Shown piece after piece: positions 17,338 through 25,376 of a stretch of DNA of 45,976 nucleotides. Each line of letters begins with the position of its first letter. Positions within the stretch are counted from its first letter, which is position 1. The position numbers and the translations under genes are program-made. The DNA comes from a virus. Location of the stretch: positions 1 through 45,976 of IMG/VR virus record IMGVR_UViG_3300045988_063015. One strand, written 5' to 3'. The notes beneath the pieces are model-generated. The model was not told the origin of the DNA. It saw nothing but the letters and a program-made list of their open reading frames with translations, and did no database searches.

Positions 17338-17718
17338 ATGGCACAAAAGCATTTGAAATTCGGAGACTATACAGCCCCTGAAGTGGACGATGATGGATAC
17401 ACTTTAGCGTATGCTACTACGTCCTCGGATGATTCTGGGCGAATAATGACCGGAAAAATGATGAACACGACTCTTTTTACCGTGGAAGCTTATACGCTCA
17501 AATGGACGGATATATCTGCCACAGATGTCGCACAGATTCTACAGCGGATTAAAGGCCGCCAGCAATACGAATTTTATCATTTCAACGTTTATTCCGGCGA
17601 ATGGGAAACAACCACGTTTTACACGGCGAACATTGATGTTGGATTCTATTCGCTGGTTGAAGGAGAGGAAAAATGCTCAGAATTGAGTTTTCAAGCTACG
17701 GGGGTTAATCCAGTATGA
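17338..17718 (+). CDS. Distal tail protein-like small tail protein
   Basis: 126 aa directly after the tape measure gene; the call rests on position. Confidence 0.45.
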   Translation: MAQKHLKFGDYTAPEVDDDGYTLAYATTSSDDSGRIMTGKMMNTTLFTVEAYTLKWTDISATDVAQILQRIKGRQQYEFYHFNVYSGEWETTTFYTANIDVGFYSLVEGEEKCSELSFQATGVNPV

Positions 17719-20700
17719 AAAACGTTAGTTCAAAATTCATAGAAGGTATCAAATCCGGTATACCAATTTATCCGGCGGCAAAAGTTACCTTGGCAAACGG
17801 CGAAATACTGGAATTTACGGCCAAAAAGAATTTCCGTGTGACCGGGAATTCTATCACGCAGACGGCGGGAAACAATTCTTTCCCGCTTGGTGCTGCGATC
17901 TCGAAAACGATTAAATTGACGGTTGACAACAGCGATGAAACACTTGATTCAAAAGATTTTCTTGCCGCGATAATCGAGCTTAAAAGCCAAATGCACTACG
18001 CTGATGGGACGACAGAAGAACTAAAAGAAGGTACTTTTATCGTTACGGATCCGGTAACACCAGCAACTACACTAGAGATAACAGCTGCAGACGATATATC
18101 TAAAACGGCTATCACTTATAAGCCTGCTATACAGTATCCGGCAACCCTGCGCAGAATATACCAAGACGTTTGCAGACAGTGCAATTTGACCATCGGAACG
18201 GCAACTTTTAAAAACGACACGTTCACGGTCGAGACAGCACCAGACGGCTGTACATGCCGAGATTTGCTAGGTTATATTGCTATGATTGCTGGCGGGAACG
18301 CTATGTGCGATGAAAACGAGCGCGTAGTTATTAAAAGTTACGACTTGAGCAGTGTAAAAAAAGAAGATGGAAGTTATAACACCGATGCATTTCAAGTCCT
18401 TGAAAATTTTAAGGAATCCCCTACCGTTTCTACTGATCCTATACGCGTGACCGGAGTAAAGACAACAATAGAAGGCGAAGAAGGAAAAGAATCAGAACTT
18501 ATTGTTGGAACAACAGAATACTGTTTTTCTGTTTCGAATCCTCTGCTAGACGGAAAGGAAAAAGATGGATTGCAGCTTATTTCCACTAGCGCGGTTGGAC
18601 TTGAAATGTATGCGTTTAGTGGTGACCATATCGCATACCCAATTGCGGAAGTCATGGACACATGTTTTGTAAAAACGTTAAAAGGGTCTATTTATCCGAC
18701 TGTGATTACATCGGTAGAATACAACTATCTAGGAGCCACAAAGCTGCAATGCGATCTTGACACACCAGAACGAACGGCTACATCATATGGCGGAAAAGCT
18801 GCTGAGATATATCAAAAATTCCGACGTGTTGTGAAGCGGCATTATACAGAATTTGAAAAGCAAATGAGTGACCTTTCTGAACGTATTGAAAATTCTTCTG
18901 GCGTTTTTATGACGCAGGAAACGCAGCCGGATGGAAGCGTTATTTATTATTTGCACAATCGCGAAAAGTTGGAAGAATCAACAATAGTCTGGAAAATGAC
19001 CGCGGAAGCAGTTGCTGTCTCTACGGACGGAGGAAAAACGTGGAACGCTGGTCTTACTGTTGATGGTGATCTGATTTCGAAAATCATGACAACAATCGGC
19101 ATTAATTTTGATTGGGGTGTCGGTGGCACTCTCGTTATACAGGATGCAAACGGGAAGGAAACAGCTTACATGGACGCCACGACCGGAGTCGTGCGCTTTA
19201 ACGTGGATTCTTTGACGATACAGGGTCAGACTGTAGAGAGTATAGCAAGCGGAGCCGCTGAAAAGGTTGCTGAGTTAGCCAAAAATATGACCTTACAGTT
19301 AACGAACGAATACCAGGCTATTAGTGTTGATTCTTCCGGCAACTATTCCACGTTTCCAACGGTTACTACTTCCCCGATTGTTATGTACGGGACGGAGGAC
19401 ATAACAAAAAAATGTTCTTATAGTTTCACATGTTCTGCTGGTGTAACAGGTGTGTGGGATGTTTCCACACTCACGTACACTGTTAAGACGTTGACCAAAA
19501 ACGAGGGATGGGTGGATGTAAGGGCTTCTTATTTGGGGACGCTTGCAGTTACCCGCAGGTTTTCCCTTGCTAAAGTATATGCCGGGGCAGACGGTGCAGA
19601 TGGGAAACCAGGCACAGATGGAAAACCGGGGCGAACTTATTACATTGAACCGTCCGCGCTTGTGGTCAAGCAGGGAAATGATTGCAGCCTTTCGCCTAAC
19701 GTTCTTACGTTTCACTCTTATTATAGGGACGGTACAGACGTTGCAAGATATGATTACGCTGGACGCTTCAAGGTCGAAGAATCATACGACGGCGGGCAGA
19801 CATGGAAAACCATGTATACATCTACAGCGAACGAAAGCGGCATCGAGTATAGCCTTTATACGAATATTGTTACAGCCGCAGGAAAGGCTATTGTAACAGC
19901 AGGCAAAAAGGCTATCAGTGTACCACGTAAAATGTCAATGATACGATGCTCTTTTTACGCTGCGAGTGACACGACACACGCGCTTGATGTGCAGACGCTA
20001 ACAGTAGTTAAGGATGCATCCGCGCTTGGATTTGATGAGCTTTTCAACATCCTAACCAATAACGGAGAAATCAAAGGCATTTATCAAAAAGGTGGGCAAT
20101 TATATATTTCTTTTACCTATGCGCAAGGAGGTGTTCTTACCCTTGGCGGAAAGAATGATGGCCATGGACAACTCATAGTTCTCGATGAAAACGGAACCCA
20201 AATAGGTGCGTGGACAAAAAACGGGTTAATTCTTGACAGCGTAAAACGTTTTACGCTCGGCGATTTTCTCAGCTATGACGACAATCGGGACTCTGTAAAA
20301 CTTACAATGGGCGGATGGCAGGTTAAAAGAACAACAGTCGAAGGAGAACCAGCTGAATACTGGGAGACGTCAGAAACGCAGGAAAACGGTATAGGTGCTT
20401 ATGGCCCGTGGGTTGTCTGGGGCGGTTGGAATGGAAAAGGCCCATTTAACAAAGCCAATTATAATTTCGTGGTTACCGAAGACGGAAGCTGTAAAGCTAT
20501 GTCGTGGGTAACTGGATCCAGGAGCGAGTGGAAAGAAGAAATATGCTCTTACGAGGACGGTGCCCTTGAAAAGGTAGAAAACAGCAAAGTATACAGATAC
20601 AAACTTAAAAACAGGCGGAGAGAGAACGAAGAACACATAGGATTTGTTATTGGTTCTGAATATCCTCTTTCTGATGACCTTCTGGACTATGAAAAAGACA

Positions 20701-20807
20701 ATATAGACATGTATAGCGCGCTTGGAGTTGCGTATAAGGCAATACAAGAACTGAGCGCGAAAGTAAAAACACTCGAAAAGCTCATAGAATCAAAACAGGG
20801 AGAATAA
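17715..20807 (+). CDS. Tail-tip / Tal-like minor structural protein with C-terminal S74-type intramolecular chaperone domain
   Basis: 1030 aa with a prophage-tail-like N-terminus and a short G-X-Y run (GADGADGKPGTDGKPGRT). The C-terminal GSRSEWKEEI...EHIGFVIGSE...YSALGVAYKAIQEL matches the auto-cleaving chaperone pattern. Confidence 0.8.
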   Translation: MKNVSSKFIEGIKSGIPIYPAAKVTLANGEILEFTAKKNFRVTGNSITQTAGNNSFPLGAAISKTIKLTVDNSDETLDSKDFLAAIIELKSQMHYADGTTEELKEGTFIVTDPVTPATTLEITAADDISKTAITYKPAIQYPATLRRIYQDVCRQCNLTIGTATFKNDTFTVETAPDGCTCRDLLGYIAMIAGGNAMCDENERVVIKSYDLSSVKKEDGSYNTDAFQVLENFKESPTVSTDPIRVTGVKTTIEGEEGKESELIVGTTEYCFSVSNPLLDGKEKDGLQLISTSAVGLEMYAFSGDHIAYPIAEVMDTCFVKTLKGSIYPTVITSVEYNYLGATKLQCDLDTPERTATSYGGKAAEIYQKFRRVVKRHYTEFEKQMSDLSERIENSSGVFMTQETQPDGSVIYYLHNREKLEESTIVWKMTAEAVAVSTDGGKTWNAGLTVDGDLISKIMTTIGINFDWGVGGTLVIQDANGKETAYMDATTGVVRFNVDSLTIQGQTVESIASGAAEKVAELAKNMTLQLTNEYQAISVDSSGNYSTFPTVTTSPIVMYGTEDITKKCSYSFTCSAGVTGVWDVSTLTYTVKTLTKNEGWVDVRASYLGTLAVTRRFSLAKVYAGADGADGKPGTDGKPGRTYYIEPSALVVKQGNDCSLSPNVLTFHSYYRDGTDVARYDYAGRFKVEESYDGGQTWKTMYTSTANESGIEYSLYTNIVTAAGKAIVTAGKKAISVPRKMSMIRCSFYAASDTTHALDVQTLTVVKDASALGFDELFNILTNNGEIKGIYQKGGQLYISFTYAQGGVLTLGGKNDGHGQLIVLDENGTQIGAWTKNGLILDSVKRFTLGDFLSYDDNRDSVKLTMGGWQVKRTTVEGEPAEYWETSETQENGIGAYGPWVVWGGWNGKGPFNKANYNFVVTEDGSCKAMSWVTGSRSEWKEEICSYEDGALEKVENSKVYRYKLKNRRRENEEHIGFVIGSEYPLSDDLLDYEKDNIDMYSALGVAYKAIQELSAKVKTLEKLIESKQGE

Positions 20808-20808
20808 C

Positions 20809-21309
20809 ATGGCTGACAACATTTTAATTAGTGGATTGACTGAAAAAACACAGACCGGGTCAGATGACTATTTTATCATCGGAAGCTCTGATGCTAAGAA
20901 AATTTCTTCCGCCAATTTGAAAAAGGAATTTGAAAGTAGTCTTTACGCTGGAGCTGTAGGTGCTTCTTTAAAGAACAGCACTGTTAAAACTACGGGAGAG
21001 CGCTTAATTGGAACCTATAACGGAGCAAATGTATATGAGCAAATCATCGAAACGAAAATGACTAGCTTTGTTAGTGGAACATCGTTTGCAACGATAGAAA
21101 TTTCTATGTCTACCACGCCTGGTAAAGTGCTGAGCGTAGAAAATACGATTTATGGAGACAATAGCACGTATTCTCTACCTTATTTTTCGTGGGAAGGTGC
21201 TGTGAATACGTTTTTCTGGAACGTTGCAGGAACAAAATTAAAGTTCCGAAATAAGGCAGCGTGGGGGGCTAATTATACTCTTGTCACTACGGTTAGATAT
21301 CTTAGATAA
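20809..21309 (+). CDS. Fibre-associated structural protein
   Basis: 166 aa. The N-terminal ISGLTEKTQTGSDDYFIIGSSDAKKISSANLKKEF resembles the N-terminus of the next fibre gene. Confidence 0.55.
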   Translation: MADNILISGLTEKTQTGSDDYFIIGSSDAKKISSANLKKEFESSLYAGAVGASLKNSTVKTTGERLIGTYNGANVYEQIIETKMTSFVSGTSFATIEISMSTTPGKVLSVENTIYGDNSTYSLPYFSWEGAVNTFFWNVAGTKLKFRNKAAWGANYTLVTTVRYLR

Positions 21310-21382
21310 CAAGACCACTGAGTAAAACGACACAGGAAGTATAATAGTTATATGAAAACAGTATCTTATAGGGAGAGAAAAA

Positions 21383-22540
21383 ATGCCACAGTTTAATGAA
21401 TACACAGATAAAACGGAACTGTCTGATTCTGACATTTCCGTTTTATACGACGCGTCCAGCAGGACGACAAAAAGGTTTTCTTTTTTGAACATAAGCCGTT
21501 ATGTGCTTGCGAAGCTTTCCACTCGGTTGTTTACAAATCTTTCCACAGAAGATAAAACAATCCCGGGTGCTATCAACGAGGTCAACACTAAGGCGGCGAA
21601 GATTGATGATTTTGAAAACGTAATCGCCGAAAAAGCGAACAAGGAAGATATTCCGACGACGCTTTCTGAGCTAGCAAGTGACAGTGAACACAATACGGTT
21701 ACGGCTGCGGAAAAAGAAATCTGGAATAAAAAAAGTGATTTCAGTGGAAGTTACAATGATTTGACAGATAAACCGGAAATCCACGGTGTTACGGTTGACG
21801 AAACACTTGATGAAACATCAGAAAATCCCGTGCAGAATAAAGCTGTATACGCTGAATTCCAGAAAAAGGCCGGGAAAAATGACATTCCTAAATCGCTGTC
21901 AGCGTTGGCCGCTGATGAAAACCATAGAACTGTTACAGACACTGAAAAAGAAAATTGGAATGCAAAAAGCGATTTTTCCGGCGACTACAGCGAACTTTCC
22001 AACAAACCAAAAATTCCAGAAAAATTAGCGGATCTTGCGGAAGATGAAACACATCGTACCGTTACCGACAGCGAAAAAGGTGCGTGGGACGCAAAAAGTA
22101 ATTTTTCTGGTAACTATTCGGATCTGTCCGGCGTTCCAGCGATCCCGGAAAAACTTCCGAACCCAAACAAGCTGACATTTTCCGGCGCTGTTACTGCTGA
22201 GTATGACGGCTCTGGCGCGGTAACGGTGGAAATTCCAGAGGAAAACGACTACAGAGTTGCCAGAATCGAAAAAGGAACGACGGACAGCACAGTGGAACTT
22301 GAACCGAATAAGCTTTATATTTTTCCAGAAATGGGGAGCTTAACTTATACGCTTGCGGTGCCGAACGACTCGGCGGTTGCGAACGAATATCATTTTGTTT
22401 TCAAAAGCGGCGCAACAGCAACAAGAGTTGTACACCCGGCAGGGGTCAATATCGGGAGCTTTAGCGTTGAGTCAAATAAAATCTATGAGGTGTCGATCCT
22501 TGAGGGCTTGCTGACGAGCCAGAGTTGGGCGGTGAGCTGA
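21383..22540 (+). CDS. Tail fibre protein with three ~45-aa repeats
   Basis: 385 aa. The unit L(S/A)xLAxDxxH(R/N)TVTxxEKxxWxxKSxFSGxYxxLxxxPxI occurs three times. Confidence 0.75.
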   Translation: MPQFNEYTDKTELSDSDISVLYDASSRTTKRFSFLNISRYVLAKLSTRLFTNLSTEDKTIPGAINEVNTKAAKIDDFENVIAEKANKEDIPTTLSELASDSEHNTVTAAEKEIWNKKSDFSGSYNDLTDKPEIHGVTVDETLDETSENPVQNKAVYAEFQKKAGKNDIPKSLSALAADENHRTVTDTEKENWNAKSDFSGDYSELSNKPKIPEKLADLAEDETHRTVTDSEKGAWDAKSNFSGNYSDLSGVPAIPEKLPNPNKLTFSGAVTAEYDGSGAVTVEIPEENDYRVARIEKGTTDSTVELEPNKLYIFPEMGSLTYTLAVPNDSAVANEYHFVFKSGATATRVVHPAGVNIGSFSVESNKIYEVSILEGLLTSQSWAVS

Positions 22541-23001
22541 TGGAACGAAGAAGAACATTAGGAAGTGAGGCAGAAAGCTCAATGAATGAAGAATATGAAC
22601 TTGTCGGCACTGCAAGTATAACGGAAGAAACGGCTACTGTAAACATACAGTTGAGTAAACCTTGTACAGAGTTATATTTGTTTTGCGAGAAATTAAAAGC
22701 AACAAATAATACGCAATTAATTATTGGTATAGGTAATAACAATATTATGTCGGGTATAAATAATGAATTATCAGCAAATGTACAAAATACCATTCAGCAT
22801 ATAAGAAAGATAGGAAAGACGTGGATGAGGACGGGAAATAATCATGCGTCCTATCCGTTATCTACTGCCACGTCAACAATGTATACTGCAAAATTAAATG
22901 CAAAGAATCCAATACCAGAACAAATTTCTGCGATCACATTACAAGCAAATACGGGCATTGATAAAATCACATCTGGCACAATAGAAGTTTACGGGAGGTA
23001 A
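22540..23001 (+). CDS. MxRRR paralogue 1 (fibre-associated, unknown function)
   Basis: 153 aa starting MERRRTLG. Its ATG overlaps the fibre stop (TGATG), and it is more AT-rich than its neighbours. Confidence 0.6.
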   Translation: MERRRTLGSEAESSMNEEYELVGTASITEETATVNIQLSKPCTELYLFCEKLKATNNTQLIIGIGNNNIMSGINNELSANVQNTIQHIRKIGKTWMRTGNNHASYPLSTATSTMYTAKLNAKNPIPEQISAITLQANTGIDKITSGTIEVYGR

Positions 23002-23007
23002 GTTGAC

Positions 23008-23109
23008 ATGAAACACAAATTAAACCACAATCTGGTCGGTCGGTCGGTCGGTCGGTCGGTCGGTGATCTAACTGACTCGCTCCTGCCGAGCAAGGCGGTG
23101 AGGGTATGA
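23008..23109 (+). CDS. Leader ORF 1 (33 aa) carrying the (GGTC)7 tract
   Basis: GGGAGG lies 9 nt upstream of the ATG. The product is MKHKLNHNLVGRSVGRSVGDLTDSLLPSKAVRV, and its stop TGA overlaps the next start (ATGA at 23106..23109). Confidence 0.4.
   Translation: MKHKLNHNLVGRSVGRSVGDLTDSLLPSKAVRV
23034..23064. repeat. Tetranucleotide microsatellite (GGTC)7+GGT
   Basis: Counted directly: 31 nt with perfect periodicity. Confidence 0.97.
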
Positions 23110-23564
23110 GCCGCCGGAGAATGATGATGCAAGCGCAGGAGGTAGAAAATATGAATTGGAAAGAAGTAAAAACAGTAGTTGCGCAGAATGATGGCGATAC
23201 ATTATATGTAGACGGATTTGAAGCGGAAAGAATTAGAGTGACAGCGATGCTTGCGACCGTAACAGATAATAGAGGACTCCGCTTTAATATTTCGGAAAAT
23301 GCATATGAAAATTCTTTTAACATAGGAACATCTACGTCGACTGAATTTAGACCGCTTTTATGCGAAATTGGAGTTGTTGGAAATTATGCGATAAGCACAG
23401 CCTTTTGCCCTCCCCGAGTTTCTGCTGCTGTTAACGTACAAAACGCAGTAGCGGGAGGAATGGCATTACCAAACGGAGAAACACTTATAAAGCGATTCAG
23501 AATTGGCTCATCGAACGACAAATTGAAAGCGGGGTCTTGGTTGAAAATAGAAAAATGGGAATAG
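23106..23564 (+). CDS. MxRRR paralogue 2
   Basis: 152 aa starting MSRRRMMM. The GGCGGTGAG-N3-ATG junction is identical to the one in front of paralogue 1. Confidence 0.6.
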   Translation: MSRRRMMMQAQEVENMNWKEVKTVVAQNDGDTLYVDGFEAERIRVTAMLATVTDNRGLRFNISENAYENSFNIGTSTSTEFRPLLCEIGVVGNYAISTAFCPPRVSAAVNVQNAVAGGMALPNGETLIKRFRIGSSNDKLKAGSWLKIEKWE

Positions 23565-23578
23565 GAGTTGATACAGAT

Positions 23579-23644
23579 ATGAATGATGCTAAAATCCTGA
23601 CAGCACAGCACAGCACAGCACAGCACAGCACAGCGGGTAATTGA
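23579..23644 (+). CDS. Leader ORF 2 (21 aa in this sequence) carrying the (ACAGC)7 tract
   Basis: The product is MNDAKILTAQHSTAQHSTAGN, ending at TGA 23642. With 8 (or 5) repeat units it would extend to TAA 23688..23690, overlapping the ATG at 23684. Confidence 0.35.
   Translation: MNDAKILTAQHSTAQHSTAGN
23600..23634. repeat. Pentanucleotide microsatellite (ACAGC)7
   Basis: Counted directly: 35 nt with perfect periodicity. Confidence 0.97.
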
Positions 23645-23683
23645 GCTTAAAAACCGCATCAACGCCGAGAAAGCTGTGGAGAC

Positions 23684-24040
23684 ATGGTAAGGCGGCGGAC
23701 GATGCTGGCAGAGATGCCACAAGGGGCGGATGGTATGATGCTGGAATATGTTGGCGATGTTACTTTGGCCAATAACTACGGTACGGTAACGGTAAATTTC
23801 CCGGTCGAAAATGATACTCTGTATATCTTGAGACCGAAAAATTACCCGTACATCAAAGTTATAGCAATATTAGTGCACGGCGATAAATATGGTTTTATAT
23901 TTTGCGCTGAGAATACAACAGGCGGAGCATGGACAGAACGAAACTATGACGTATCTGACGGAAAAGTAGATTTTAAGGCGCGTATCGCCGAAAACAAAAA
24001 TGAAACTATTGATTTTGCAATCTATAAAATGGATCTGTAA
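23684..24040 (+). CDS. MxRRR paralogue 3
   Basis: 118 aa starting MVRRRTML. No well-spaced SD is present (GGAG sits only 2 nt from the ATG). Confidence 0.55.
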   Translation: MVRRRTMLAEMPQGADGMMLEYVGDVTLANNYGTVTVNFPVENDTLYILRPKNYPYIKVIAILVHGDKYGFIFCAENTTGGAWTERNYDVSDGKVDFKARIAENKNETIDFAIYKMDL

Positions 24041-24067
24041 AATCAAACGGAAGGGGGTGATTAAAAA

Positions 24068-24427
24068 GTGCACGCAAAATTGTTAAACGGCTGCCTGCGC
24101 AGCTCCCCGTCTACTGTTATTTTAGACGGCAGATCGATCAATAACCCGCTACCGGAAGAACTGGAACAGCTGGGCTATAAACCTGTGGTATACACGGATG
24201 CACCAGCCGATCAGACCGAGGGCAAGCACTGGGAGTCAGAGTGGGCAGAGGGAGAGACGGAGATCAGACAAGTCTGGAGGCTTGTCGATGATCCGATCTA
24301 TCCGGATCCGGAGCCGACACCAGAGGAAAGAATCAGCAATTTAGAAACCGAAACAGATGAGTTAAAGGCCACATCAGATGATATCATCTTGATGATGGCG
24401 GATTTAATCGGAGGAGAAAAGAAATGA
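24068..24427 (+). CDS. Conserved phage protein of the fibre/lysis junction
   Basis: 119 aa with a GTG start after AAGGGGGTGA. The LEQLGYKPVVYTDAP pattern is common in Firmicutes phages upstream of XkdX/holin genes. Confidence 0.55.
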   Translation: MHAKLLNGCLRSSPSTVILDGRSINNPLPEELEQLGYKPVVYTDAPADQTEGKHWESEWAEGETEIRQVWRLVDDPIYPDPEPTPEERISNLETETDELKATSDDIILMMADLIGGEKK

Positions 24428-24576
24428 AGACTTTAAATAATTTAAAAATGAAAATCATGGTAAGAGCTTTTAGAATCCGGATCAAGGACGGAGAGAATTT
24501 TGAGGACATTGCAGCTGACTACCCGGCGCTGACGGTTGACGACCTCGAAGCGATCAAAGCCGAGCTTGAGAAATAA
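24424..24576 (+). CDS. XkdX-like small protein
   Basis: 50 aa (MKTLNNLKMKIMVRAFRIRIKDGENFEDIAADYPALTVDDLEAIKAELEK). It has an ATGA overlap with the upstream gene and is below the ORF-track size cutoff. Confidence 0.45.
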   Translation: MKTLNNLKMKIMVRAFRIRIKDGENFEDIAADYPALTVDDLEAIKAELEK

Positions 24577-24703
24577 GGGGCGCGAATGGAGATCAGAGGA
24601 AGACCGTAAGACCTCGTTAAAAAAATCAAAAAATAAATCACAAAATAACCGTTGTGGGACTAATATATATCATCCTGCGGCGGTTTTTGAAAACGAGGTA
24701 AAA

Positions 24704-25018
24704 ATGAAAGAATTTATCATGCAGAGCTATACCATCATCCTGCCAATCGTAACCACGGCTCTTATGGGGTATATCGTCTGGCTGCTAAAAAATCAAAAAA
24801 AAGACAGGGATGCCAACAGCAAGGGCACCATGCTCTTGCTGAGAGTGCAGCTGATTGAGTACCATAGCAAATATACGACTCTTGGTGATATCCCATCATA
24901 CGCCTACCAGAATTTCTGCGAGATGTATGACGCCTACCATGCGCTCGGCGGAAACGGCATGGTCACAAAAATGAAGCAGGAAATCGAAGAACTACATATA
25001 AAAAAGAAAGGAAATTAA
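24704..25018 (+). CDS. Lysis-cassette membrane protein (N-terminal TM)
   Basis: 104 aa with a GAGG RBS, starting MKEFIMQSYTIILPIVTTALMGYIVWLL. Confidence 0.6.
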   Translation: MKEFIMQSYTIILPIVTTALMGYIVWLLKNQKKDRDANSKGTMLLLRVQLIEYHSKYTTLGDIPSYAYQNFCEMYDAYHALGGNGMVTKMKQEIEELHIKKKGN

Positions 25019-25022
25019 AGAA

Positions 25023-25316
25023 ATGGAACAGATTATGAACTATGTAAAGCCGGAACTCATCGTTGTTGCTGTAGCCCTGTATTTTCTGGGCATGGCGCTC
25101 AAACAGGCGCAGGCCGTAAAGGATAAATATATCCCGCTGATCCTGGGCGGCGTGAGCATCGTCCTGTGCGCCGTGTGGGTGCTGGCCACCAGCGAAATCG
25201 GAACCGGTCAGCAGGCAGCGATGGCTGTATTTACGGCGATTACACAGGGAATCCTTGTGGCAGGGCTGAGCAACTATGTAAATCAGATCATCAAGCAGGC
25301 ACAGAAAACAGAGTGA
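25023..25316 (+). CDS. Holin
   Basis: 97 aa with multiple TM helices and a charged C-terminus, directly upstream of the endolysin. Confidence 0.75.
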   Translation: MEQIMNYVKPELIVVAVALYFLGMALKQAQAVKDKYIPLILGGVSIVLCAVWVLATSEIGTGQQAAMAVFTAITQGILVAGLSNYVNQIIKQAQKTE

Positions 25317-25376
25317 GGGCGGTATACAACCGTTCTTTTTTGCGCCGGCGCAAACCGGCAGAATCGAGGGAAAACA

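Noticed and set aside
19570-19640. Collagen-like domain in the Tal-like protein
   Set aside because: There are only six G-X-Y triplets (GADGADGKPGTDGKPGRT), too short to call a collagen triple-helix domain.
17715-24040. Diversity-generating retroelement or invertible shufflon acting on the fibre genes
   Set aside because: There is no reverse-transcriptase-like or invertase/recombinase ORF anywhere near the region. No template/variable repeat pair or inverted repeats flank the cassettes. The variability signal is the microsatellites instead.
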